From: a virus
IMG/VR virus record: IMGVR_UViG_3300028864_000019
Span: 47,870-111,869 of that record
Reading direction: 5' to 3' (one strand)
Length of the DNA stretch: 64,000 nt
A program made the position numbers and the translations under genes. Every line of letters starts with the position of its first letter. Position 1 is the first letter of the stretch. The notes under the pieces were generated by a model. The model was not told the origin of the DNA, ran no database searches, and saw nothing but the letters and a program-made list of their open reading frames with translations. Positions 54,443 to 64,000 of the stretch are shown piece by piece.

Positions 54443-56337
54443 ATGGGTATCACAATTATAAATAAAGGTAATTTGACTCAAAAAAAGTTAGAAGGTTATT
54501 TAAAATACAATGAAATACTTGTATGGGGAAGAAGAAATCCTGTAAAGTTCGCAGAATTAGTGTTGGGACTTGAACTTATGGATTATCAAAAATATACATT
54601 TCAAGAATCATGGAGCAAACAATTTGCATTATGGTTGATGTCTCGTAATGGAGGCTGAGTAAATCAACTTTAAGTTCTCCATTTATAATGACAAAAATGA
54701 TGTTATTTCCAAACTTTCAAAGCTTTATACTTTCATTAACCGCAAGTCAAAGCCAAGATACCTTTCTTTGACAACTTAAAATGGAGTCAATAGCAAAAAA
54801 ACAAATAGAATCTTTTTGTGGATTAACAGATATATTTTTAGGAGAAGTTTCTGCAAGTGCTAACCATGATGGATTTGTTCACTCTCCTCAAGGATTTAGA
54901 TGTAAGCTATTTAACAACAGTCAAGTTACTACTGTTTCTGGGGAAGAAGATAATATTAGAGGGAAAAGATCAAATTTAAATTTGTATGATGAAAGTGGTT
55001 TCATAAGTGAAAACTATATTTCAGTTACAAAATCATTTTGTACACAGGATTCGTCGTTTAAGTTAGGTGGTGGTATAAACACCGAAACTATACCGATGAA
55101 TATTCCTAATCAATTATTGTTTTGTTCATCTGCTAGTAGTACGGATTCTGCATTTTATACATTATATAAAGAGTGGGCAAAGTTAATGTTTGCAGGAAGT
55201 AAAGACCATTTTGTAGCTGACTTAAATTGTGAGGTTATAATAGGAGCTACATTAAAAGGTAAAAAATTAAATATACCATTGTTATCACAATCTAAAGTTG
55301 ATGATGAAATAAGGTCAAACTCAGAGAAAGCAAATCGAGAATATTTTAATCGTTTTGATGCTGATGGTGGAAATAAACAACCTATAAAACGTGCAGTAAT
55401 TATGAAAAATTCATCAGTTAGAAAACCATTATTAATTAATGAAGGAAATATAAAAAGACACATTGCAATTTCATATGATCCAGCACATGATTATGATAAT
55501 TCAGCGACATCAGTAGGAGAATATATATATGATGAACAAGTTGGATGGAAATTAATAATTCAAAACTGTGTAAGTCTTGTGGATTTAGGGAAAAAGAAAA
55601 AAACTCCAATGAGAACGCCAGAACAAATTAAAGAGATAAAACAAATGCTAATAAATTATAACGGAAAAGGCAAGGCTGATTATGAGAATATAGATTGTTT
55701 ACTAGTTGATGCTGGTTCAGGAGGTGGTGGTCCGATAATCGCAGATTATTTTATGGACGACTGGGAAGATGAACAAGGAAATAAACATAGGGGATTAATT
55801 GATAAAGAAGCCTGTGCTGAACATGTAAATTCTTATCCGAATGCAGTAGGAAAATTAAAATTAGTATCACCTAAAAAATATAAAACAGAAATGTATGATG
55901 ATTTTGTAGAATTATTAAATTTAGGACTAATTGAATTTACAGATAATTATGATATGAAAGGGTACTTAAGTCTACCACAGGAAGGAAAAGAGATTGAAGA
56001 AATTGATGAGGATACGAATGAAAAGAAAAAGGTAAAATCAATAGATTATAAACAATACAATCTATCTTGGGACGAAGAATTGGCATTAAAGCAAATTGAT
56101 AACGCAAAAGAAGAATTAATTGCAATAAGAAGACAAGGTGATGATATAAATTATAAATATGAACTGCCTCCTGATAAAAAGAGTAAAATGCATGATGATA
56201 GAGCTTACACAATGGTAATGTTAGCTTGGCATTTAAAAAACCTTAGACGTGACGGAATAGTTAATAAGCAAGCACCACAAGTTGATTGGTCAACAGCACC
56301 AACATTTGTTTCATCAGTAAATTTCAATTCTATATAA
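54443..56337 (+). CDS. terminase large subunit interrupted by two UGA-containing inserts (54656-54660, 54769-54777)
   Basis: MDYQ adenine motif, SRNGG|KST split Walker A, IRGKRSN.NLYDESGF Walker B, YDPA and HDDRAY nuclease motifs; about 626 aa if both inserts are skipped. Confidence 0.88.
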
Positions 56338-56362
56338 TTAAAGCAAGAAAGGAGGAATCCGA

Positions 56363-58111
56363 TTGACAAAAAAACAATCTACAGAAATCCCAATCCCTCA
56401 ACTACAAAAGATAGATTTAACTATACCAGTTCTATCAGAAGGCGAAACAAAACAAGTGTCTAATATCGGTGGGAATTACATCTTATCAGATATAGAAACA
56501 TCTACTACTAAAGATTATTTTGATCCAAACTACATACAACAAGCTACATATGATGCACAAAGATTAAGTAATATTTATAGTACTGTATTAGATAAAAATA
56601 CATCATCTTATGTTACAACTATGGACGAATTATCCTCATTAGCACAGAACACTCAAACTAGTATAGATAAAATAAAGAAAATAAACGGAATAGTTAAATA
56701 TTACATAAACAAAGAAGATTTAATTGGTAGAGTGGTTGAAACTATAGAAAATAATATAAACATAAATTACAAAATTGATTATCCATCTCCTAGCAGTAAA
56801 AAAGGTACTAAACTAAAAAAAGAACAAAAAATGGAAGACGAATTAAAAGTAGTAATAGAAAAGTTTAATAAACAAATTAATATACCTAAGTTAATAGCCG
56901 ATAATGCAGTTATTACATATACAGAAGGTAATTTTATATTCTATTTAATGGGTGATAGTGAAAATGGTTATTCTATAGTAAATTATCCAATGGATATTAC
57001 TGAAATCACACCAATGAGAATTGATGACGACCCAGTAGTGTCTTTTAATGTTACTGAATTATCATCAAGGTTACAAGAGAGTAGAACAAAATATGGAAGA
57101 TTAAAAACAAATAAACTTATTGATATTGAAAAAACAATAGAAGACGAAGTTAAAAAATGTTATCCTACTGAAATATATGACGCTTATAAAGGGAAAGACC
57201 AATATGCTTTATTAAATCCACAAAAAATAGGATTAAATAGGATAAATAATTTAAAAGGGCTATATGGATTAACACCTATATTTAAAGCACTACAACCTCA
57301 ATTAATGTTGGAAACGGTTGATAAAAGTGACCAAAAAGTATTAATTCAAAAGACTAAAAAGATTTATTTGCAATTAACTGAAAAAGAATTAATGGAAAAG
57401 CCAAATGCCATTAATATGATAGGTCATGCACATGTGAGTTTACTTGAAGCTATGTCAAAAGATACTATTATATATACTGCTGACCCACAAGTACAAGATT
57501 TAAAATTGATTGAACCTAAAACTGAGTTGACTGATGAAAAAACTAAATCAGGTTATAAGTTAAGAATATTAGAAGCATTAGGAATATCATTTATTAGTTC
57601 AGAAGGTTCTAAATCTATAACAACTACTAAAATAAACTATGACGAACTATTAAAAATGGTTAATAGAATAACTAAGAGTTTAGAACCAATCCTTAATAAA
57701 TACTATCAGTTGGTATGTGAAGAAAATGGTTTTCCTTTGGAATATTCACCTACTATAACTATTGAATCTACTAAGTTGCTGGATTTAGAAACATTATTAA
57801 GGTTAGTAGAAACTATGTACTCAAAAATTGGATTAAGCTACGATACTATTTTGACAATGCTAGGATTAAATCCTGAAATTGAAATTAATAAACGTGTAAA
57901 AGAAAATAAAGTAACAATAGATGGCGTAGAAATGACTACTGATGATATTATGAGTCCTCATATAACATCTTTCACAACATCGGGAAAAGACGGAGACACG
58001 GTAACACATAATAATCTAGATTCTAATACCAATAAGAATAATAGTAAAAAAAATGAAAATATAGATAAGCAAGAATCAGATCAATCACGAAAAGAAGCAT
58101 TAAAAGTATGA
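56363..58111 (+). CDS. portal protein
   Basis: 582 aa directly after terminase; YGLTPIFKAL portal-like motif. Confidence 0.75.
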   Translation: MTKKQSTEIPIPQLQKIDLTIPVLSEGETKQVSNIGGNYILSDIETSTTKDYFDPNYIQQATYDAQRLSNIYSTVLDKNTSSYVTTMDELSSLAQNTQTSIDKIKKINGIVKYYINKEDLIGRVVETIENNININYKIDYPSPSSKKGTKLKKEQKMEDELKVVIEKFNKQINIPKLIADNAVITYTEGNFIFYLMGDSENGYSIVNYPMDITEITPMRIDDDPVVSFNVTELSSRLQESRTKYGRLKTNKLIDIEKTIEDEVKKCYPTEIYDAYKGKDQYALLNPQKIGLNRINNLKGLYGLTPIFKALQPQLMLETVDKSDQKVLIQKTKKIYLQLTEKELMEKPNAINMIGHAHVSLLEAMSKDTIIYTADPQVQDLKLIEPKTELTDEKTKSGYKLRILEALGISFISSEGSKSITTTKINYDELLKMVNRITKSLEPILNKYYQLVCEENGFPLEYSPTITIESTKLLDLETLLRLVETMYSKIGLSYDTILTMLGLNPEIEINKRVKENKVTIDGVEMTTDDIMSPHITSFTTSGKDGDTVTHNNLDSNTNKNNSKKNENIDKQESDQSRKEALKV

Positions 58112-58132
58112 TTTGAAAGGTGGTGATATAGA

Positions 58133-59716
58133 TTGGACGAAGATAAAATAATTTTATATAGTAATAACAAAATAGAAATATCAGAATCTCAAGATGATTC
58201 ATATATGAATGTAAAATTCATTATATGTAATTTTGATCCCAATAGAAATAATGTAATGTTAAATAGAGATACTATAGAAAATTGGTTAAATACTTTAGTA
58301 ATGAAGCCACTAGTTGGATTAATAAAACCAAATAAGGATGATGAGTTGGATTTTACTTCACATCAAGCAAAAAAAGTTTATGAGTTAATTAATGGACAAC
58401 TTCAAGAAAAATTAAAGTTTGGAACTGATGCCTTTGGAGTATTTGATACTGTTCAAATTGAAACTATTGATGAGGTAGAATATATTACAGCTAATTGTAG
58501 AGTTTGGCGTAGGTTTGAAAATTGTTGCAAAATAATACAAGATAGATTTGATAGTGATGAACCATTAAATACATCTTGGGAAATATCAATTGTAAATAGT
58601 AATATAAATGCAATAGGTGGAAAACAAGTTAAAGTTATTAACGATGGTATTTTTATAGGACATGCGTTGCTTTCTAAATATACAAGTCCTGCATATGATT
58701 GTAGTGGTATGTTAGAAGTTGCCGAAGAAACACAACAAGAAGACGAATTTGCAGAAGCATTTATAAACGATTTAAGTGAAATCAATAGTTTTGAACAAAT
58801 ATCAGAGAACCAAGAAAACATAGAAACAAGCATTCAGTCTGATGAAAAATCAGTTGAAAATAAATTAAACGAAAACATAGAAGAAAAAGGAGGAATTGTC
58901 GATATGGCAGAAAATAAAAACAAAACAGAAGTGTCATCTATAACAACAAATGATTTATATGATAAATTAAGAGTTGCTATTAATTCAATAGACACAAACA
59001 AATGGATTTGCATATCAAGAGTATATCCGTATGAATTTAGAGCAGTAGGGTATGATTGGAATGCAGAGAGCGAAGATGACTTTATAGAATATGCTTACAC
59101 TGTTAATTCAGATGAAAGTATATCTATTACAAGCCAAACACCAGTTAAAATGACTTTTGTTCCATCAGTTCAAATTGATGAACAAATTCAAGAAATTCAA
59201 GCACAATTAAATGGTGTTAATGATGAATTATCAACTAAGAACGAGGAACTTTCTACAAAAATAGATGAAATTGTGAAACTTGGTGAGACAATTACAAGTC
59301 AACAAGAAACTATTGCAGAAAAAGAAAAGGCTATAGCTGAATTAGAACCACTTAGAATTGAAAAGGCTGAAGCTGATGCAAAGAAATTAGAAGCCGAAAT
59401 TGCAGAAAAAAAAGAAAACTTAAAGAAAATGGCTTTATCTAGTAAATATTTTACAGAAGAAGATATTGAGAATTCAGAAGCAATTAAAGAAGCAATTTCA
59501 AATTTAGACGAAAAACAAATTAAATGTCTAATAGCTGAAAGAGTTGTTGAACAAGCTTCAAAAGTAGAAATAACTACTAAAGAAGAAAAAGCAGAAGTTG
59601 AAACAAGTGAAAAAGAAGTAGAAGTTTCTACTGATTTAAACGCAAATACAAACTATAAGTATGAAAATTCAAGTTCTGCATTATTAAATTATGCTAGAAG
59701 AAATATTAAAAGATAA
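58133..59716 (+). CDS. prohead protease / scaffold fusion
   Basis: N-terminal H...SWEI...GHALL..PAY protease-like domain, acidic coiled-coil C-terminus. Confidence 0.7.
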   Translation: MDEDKIILYSNNKIEISESQDDSYMNVKFIICNFDPNRNNVMLNRDTIENWLNTLVMKPLVGLIKPNKDDELDFTSHQAKKVYELINGQLQEKLKFGTDAFGVFDTVQIETIDEVEYITANCRVWRRFENCCKIIQDRFDSDEPLNTSWEISIVNSNINAIGGKQVKVINDGIFIGHALLSKYTSPAYDCSGMLEVAEETQQEDEFAEAFINDLSEINSFEQISENQENIETSIQSDEKSVENKLNENIEEKGGIVDMAENKNKTEVSSITTNDLYDKLRVAINSIDTNKWICISRVYPYEFRAVGYDWNAESEDDFIEYAYTVNSDESISITSQTPVKMTFVPSVQIDEQIQEIQAQLNGVNDELSTKNEELSTKIDEIVKLGETITSQQETIAEKEKAIAELEPLRIEKAEADAKKLEAEIAEKKENLKKMALSSKYFTEEDIENSEAIKEAISNLDEKQIKCLIAERVVEQASKVEITTKEEKAEVETSEKEVEVSTDLNANTNYKYENSSSALLNYARRNIKR

Positions 59717-59774
59717 TTAATTTAAATTAATTAAATAATAAATTAAAATAATAAAAGAAAGAAGGAATATTAAT

Positions 59775-60236
59775 ATGTATAGAAGATTACAAGTAAACTC
59801 AGGAAAAGTATTTAATGCTCAAAACACAGTAAAGGTTGATATGAAAAGGGGGACATTCGTAAACGAGAGTTATGATGCCACTAATAAAATCACAACATTG
59901 ATAAAAGCAGTTGCAGACGCAAATGTTGTAGGAATTTTAACAAGAGATGTAGTTGTTGATGTAGATGTAGCAATGGGTATGCCAGTTTCAGATTATTCTA
60001 CTTCTCAAGATCTTGTTTTAACAGGTGCATACGCTGGAGTTGAAACAATTCAAAAAGGAGAAAGATATGCAACAGAATTATTTGCTTCTGCATTAGTTGA
60101 TGCTGATGTGGTTGAAGGTTCTTTATTAACTGTTGTAAATGGAGAATTAGCAAAAGGAACTACTGGTTCTGCTTTTTATAGCCTTGGTTGGATTTATGAC
60201 AATGGACACAAATTATTAGGATTTAGATTAGTTTAA
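59775..60236 (+). CDS. capsid decoration / head protein
   Basis: 153 aa Gly/Val-rich protein between scaffold and MCP. Confidence 0.6.
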   Translation: MYRRLQVNSGKVFNAQNTVKVDMKRGTFVNESYDATNKITTLIKAVADANVVGILTRDVVVDVDVAMGMPVSDYSTSQDLVLTGAYAGVETIQKGERYATELFASALVDADVVEGSLLTVVNGELAKGTTGSAFYSLGWIYDNGHKLLGFRLV

Positions 60237-60271
60237 TAAAAAAATAATAAAAGAAAGAAGGAATATTAATT

Positions 60272-61312
60272 ATGATAAACAGAAACATAGAATTAAGCGA
60301 AGAAGAAGTAGTAAAAAGATTTAAAAGTGGAGAAGCATATCAATGGGCTAAAAATGTATATTCTAAAAATGTATTAAGAGAAAAGGATATAGTATTATCA
60401 GAAGACGAAGAAGCATTTTCACAAGTAGTTAATACAATGGTAAATGATGCTTGGAAATATGGTAAAACAGAAGCTAGAGAAAGTATTGCACAAATAGTTG
60501 TAGATATAATTGAACCAATTATATTTGAAGTACCAAATGAAGTATTAACTCAATTCTTAACAGATAAGGGTTCTTATGGCGAATTTGATATGGTTAGAAT
60601 TAGAAAATCACCAAAGAATACATTAGTTGCAAGACAAGTTGCTAACAGAACAGGTAACGTAGATAAATCTTACCTAGATGTAGCAGAAGGAAACACAATG
60701 GAAACAGTTTTACAAATCGAAACTGAAATCCCAATGTCTAATTTAAGAAGAGACGGTGCAGTTGGAGTAGCAACTTTAGCTATGTATGCTATTGAAGAAT
60801 TTGACAAACAAAAATTTAAAGCAATATTAAGCTATGTAGATAAATTAATCACTGGTGGAACTCAAGTATTTGGTGTTACTGGTGCATGGACTGCTGGTGC
60901 TACTCAAAGCTTAACTGATTATACATATGATAATGCAGTTACAGGTAAAGAACCATTAATTGTTGGATTATCTAACAGAATAAGAGAAATGTGCAGAGCC
61001 ATCGGTGCTGATTTCTATTCTGAAACAATGAAAGGAACATTAAATGATTTATCATTACTACAAGTATTAAATGGTTGTAAGTTAGTTCCAGTATTAAAAG
61101 GTAAGAAAACAGGAGACGATCAAACATTATTACCAGAAAATAGAGTATTTGGTTTTTCAGGAACAATTGGAGAAATGTATACAAAAGGACAAATGTTTAC
61201 TAGAACTACTGAAGAAAACAATGGTGAAAAGATTTCATTCAAATTCTCTGGAGTTGAATTTGGAATTTGTGTAACTGATACTCAATACATTTCAAAAATA
61301 ACTATTTCTTAG
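60272..61312 (+). CDS. major capsid protein
   Basis: 346 aa, position in head module, highly expressed codon style, strong terminator after it. Confidence 0.75.
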   Translation: MINRNIELSEEEVVKRFKSGEAYQWAKNVYSKNVLREKDIVLSEDEEAFSQVVNTMVNDAWKYGKTEARESIAQIVVDIIEPIIFEVPNEVLTQFLTDKGSYGEFDMVRIRKSPKNTLVARQVANRTGNVDKSYLDVAEGNTMETVLQIETEIPMSNLRRDGAVGVATLAMYAIEEFDKQKFKAILSYVDKLITGGTQVFGVTGAWTAGATQSLTDYTYDNAVTGKEPLIVGLSNRIREMCRAIGADFYSETMKGTLNDLSLLQVLNGCKLVPVLKGKKTGDDQTLLPENRVFGFSGTIGEMYTKGQMFTRTTEENNGEKISFKFSGVEFGICVTDTQYISKITIS

Positions 61313-61322
61313 TTATAACATT

Positions 61323-61350
61323 AGGGTGTGTATTAATTTACATGCCCTTT
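61323..61350 (+). terminator. intrinsic terminator after MCP
   Basis: AGGGTGTGTA-loop-TACATGCCCT then TTT. Confidence 0.7.
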
Positions 61351-61391
61351 CTTAATAAAATAAATAATATAAAATTCAAGGAGAGATAATT

Positions 61392-62003
61392 ATGGAAATG
61401 ATAAAAGAAATAGACTATGTGGATGTATACCACGATTATGATTATAAAACATTTATAGCAAGTGAAAATCCTTTAGACGCAGGATATGAATTACCTCCTA
61501 AGATTGATGGAGAACCATATTATGTATCTGTACTATGGAAAGATATTATGAAAGCTAATATGAAATCAGAAAACTTCAAGAATCAAGCTATTAGATTCTC
61601 ACCAAATATTGAAGACCAAGCCTATAAACAATTAAGAATAGACGTTAATAAAGACAAAAACTCTTATTCAAGAGATGAAATAGAAAGAATGATCCTACAA
61701 CCTAATGACACAATATTAACAAAGATAACTCAAATAGATAAAATGTCAACAATAGACTCTTTCTTATCATTATTAGTTTATTTGAAAAATACTAACAAAT
61801 ATCTTATTGCCGAAAAAGTGGAATTATATATAAGAGCAAGAAAAGAAGAAATTGCTGAAGGTATAAGAAAATCAGAATTAGAAGTTGACGCAACTGAAAA
61901 TATCGAATTAGCAGTAGCTCCAAATGAAGAAAATGTTGAAGATATTCAAGAACCTATTGTAACAAAAACAACAACTAAGAAAACTACTACAACTAAGAAA
62001 TAA
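61392..62003 (+). CDS. head-module protein
   Basis: 203 aa after MCP, T/K-rich tail. Confidence 0.6.
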   Translation: MEMIKEIDYVDVYHDYDYKTFIASENPLDAGYELPPKIDGEPYYVSVLWKDIMKANMKSENFKNQAIRFSPNIEDQAYKQLRIDVNKDKNSYSRDEIERMILQPNDTILTKITQIDKMSTIDSFLSLLVYLKNTNKYLIAEKVELYIRARKEEIAEGIRKSELEVDATENIELAVAPNEENVEDIQEPIVTKTTTKKTTTTKK

Positions 62004-62057
62004 TAAGGGAGATATATAAATCTTCCTTTAATGAATTATAGAAAGGAATGATTAATA

Positions 62058-62528
62058 TTGACGCCTTATTCAGAAGTAATAGATAGATTTGAACGTAAAA
62101 TAAAAGAATACAAAGATTTCTTTTGTTATGAAAATGTTACAGAAGAAGAATTTATAGAAATTACAAATAGAAGAGAAATGGGTTTATTAGAAGATGCAGT
62201 AAGTGACTTGCAATTAGTTGTTTCCATCTCTCAAAATGTAGATTTTTTAGATAAAAATGATGATTTAGAAACATTTAATTTTGAGTTAGTTCCATTGGAA
62301 AAGGATTTAATTAGTGATTGTATGGTTATTAAAATGTTTGATGAAGGAATAGTCAGGTTGAAAAAATATCAAGAATACTTTGGAGATGATATTAAAATGC
62401 CCAATTCTAATACAGAAAGGACTACCTATTTAAAAGTTGCTGAATATAGACAAATACAATTTGATAAAAAAGTTGTTAGCTATAACAGTAAGAATAGAAA
62501 AACTGGTGGTCATTTATTGGCATATTGA
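62058..62528 (+). CDS. putative head-tail adaptor
   Basis: MTPYSEVIDRF start, helical, position in module. Confidence 0.5.
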   Translation: MTPYSEVIDRFERKIKEYKDFFCYENVTEEEFIEITNRREMGLLEDAVSDLQLVVSISQNVDFLDKNDDLETFNFELVPLEKDLISDCMVIKMFDEGIVRLKKYQEYFGDDIKMPNSNTERTTYLKVAEYRQIQFDKKVVSYNSKNRKTGGHLLAY

Positions 62529-62529
62529 T

Positions 62530-63861
62530 ATGAATAAAGAAGATTTAAAATATTATAGAACTATAAACAAAGTTTCTAATAATCAAACAAGCAAAGAATC
62601 ACTCATTTCTGGAATTACACAAGACTATAATAACGCTAGAGAACATGCAATATATAGATTTGATGTATTAATAAATTCAATCGATGCAAAAGATGTATTT
62701 ATAAATAACTTAGAAGCTCCAATCAAAGGAGTAATTGACATATCAAGAAAACAAACTGCTGATACTGAAATGGAAGAAAAATTGCAAGTATATCCTAATC
62801 AGATTAAACGTGGAGACTATGTTAAATTCAAAGTCAATGAAACTGATACACTAAGAACTTATCTTATTAAATCCAAGATAGATAAAAAACATGGATATGA
62901 TGAAGGTATCTTTGAAGAGTGTAATTATGATTTGAAATTCATAGTTGATAACACTTTATATACTATTCCCACAATTGTGACGAATAATACGAAATATACA
63001 TTGGGAATAAAAAGTATTGGTGGAAGTTCAATAATTGAGGGAGATGGAATGTTTGGATTAGTACTCTCAAATAATGATATATCAAAACTGATAAAAATAG
63101 ATCAAAGATTCATAGTAAATGGTCAGGCTTGGAAAGCAACACAAACGGATAGGGTTACTACTAAAGGCGTATTAGCTGTATTACTTGGAGAAACAGCCAT
63201 AAATTATGAAATAGATGATATGGTTTTAGGTATAGCGGACTATAAAACTGTAATTCCACATACATATACATATAATGTCCCCACTACATTTGAAGTAACT
63301 AAGGGAACATCGGCAAATTTAGTATATTCTATTAAAGATGAATTAGGTTCTGAGATTGATTATAGTGGAGTTATGGTTACAAGTAATAGTCCCTTAGCAA
63401 CTATTACTAATACAAATGGAGTTATTTCAATAAGTGGAGTAAATATAGGTTTAGGTAGTATGAAACTACAAGTTACATTAGATAGAGTTTTAAAAGAATT
63501 TGATATTGCATTTGAAGTTAAAACAGATGTAATTGTTCCTGTAATATCATATTCGTGTGAATGGTCAACAGGAAAAGTATCTAATGGCGTTAGCTTGAAA
63601 ACTTATATGTCAAGTACTGCAAATTGCAAAGAAACCATTAATGGTGTCGCTGATTCAACATTGATAGTAAATTATTCATTAGATTCTATTGGAAGTTCTT
63701 TAGTAGCGACAGGGTCAGTAACAATCACTAGAAAATCTAATGTTGACTTCTTAGTTAAAAATGTTAGTGTAAGCACATCAAAAAGTTTCATAATAACATT
63801 TACTAATAGTGTAGATAATTCAATAATTTCTACTCAAACTGTTAGTCTTAGTGGCATGTAA
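62530..63861 (+). CDS. head-closure / neck protein with Ig-like C-terminal domains
   Basis: IKRGDYV, CNYDLKF motifs; beta-rich S/T/V C-terminus; likely start ATG 62530. Confidence 0.55.
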   Translation: MNKEDLKYYRTINKVSNNQTSKESLISGITQDYNNAREHAIYRFDVLINSIDAKDVFINNLEAPIKGVIDISRKQTADTEMEEKLQVYPNQIKRGDYVKFKVNETDTLRTYLIKSKIDKKHGYDEGIFEECNYDLKFIVDNTLYTIPTIVTNNTKYTLGIKSIGGSSIIEGDGMFGLVLSNNDISKLIKIDQRFIVNGQAWKATQTDRVTTKGVLAVLLGETAINYEIDDMVLGIADYKTVIPHTYTYNVPTTFEVTKGTSANLVYSIKDELGSEIDYSGVMVTSNSPLATITNTNGVISISGVNIGLGSMKLQVTLDRVLKEFDIAFEVKTDVIVPVISYSCEWSTGKVSNGVSLKTYMSSTANCKETINGVADSTLIVNYSLDSIGSSLVATGSVTITRKSNVDFLVKNVSVSTSKSFIITFTNSVDNSIISTQTVSLSGM

Positions 63862-64000
63862 TAAAATAAATTAATGCATAAATAATGAGTTGATAAAACA
63901 GAACTTTTATTGGGTTTTTAAGTTTTGAGAATGTGGCTATAGGCTAGGTGTAGAAAATTAAAATTAATTAAAATGATGGAGGTGATAGTAAATAATTATG

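Noticed and set aside
54650-54780. Group I/II introns or inteins at the interruption sites
   Set aside because: Inserts are only 5-9 nt, and no U|...G excision restores the expected motifs.
43194-62528. Genome-wide UGA reassignment (code 4/25)
   Set aside because: TGA ends normal genes (portal, 62058 ORF, 442 ORF), TGG is used for Trp, no UCA-anticodon tRNA is visible, and two of the sites cannot be repaired by readthrough.

Overview
This window is part of a large, very AT-rich Firmicutes (probably clostridial) temperate phage or phage-plasmid with SPbeta-like and c-st-like organisation. From 1 to 18.8 kb lie leftward accessory/early genes driven by many sigmaA promoters. A 2.2 kb non-coding skew-switch region with six DnaA-type boxes follows. 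From 21 to 33 kb are an FtsK + replication-relaxation module, a TubZ/TubR/TubY partition system and a Rep_3 initiator with iterons. From 33 to 64 kb are rightward genes: a YonO-like single-subunit RNA polymerase, an MBL/beta-CASP nuclease, tRNA-Ser with a large structured flank, a phosphoesterase, a ClpP-like protease, terminase, portal, protease/scaffold, major capsid and head-completion genes. The main discovery is that three otherwise intact late-region genes carry four UGA stops, three of them exactly in catalytic motifs. Three sites are 5-9 nt UGA-initiated inserts ending in a copy or near-copy of the codon before the stop, so skipping them restores HxHxDH, the terminase Walker A and a clean helix. 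The fourth (ClpP) needs in-register readthrough. This suggests programmed stop-hopping (translational bypass) or recoding that gates late functions. Also notable are a covarying, pseudoknot-forming 5' leader RNA shared by two unrelated homing-endonuclease genes and a ~20-copy operator box at fixed positions on sigmaA promoters. All calls come from motif reading and synteny; no searches were run.
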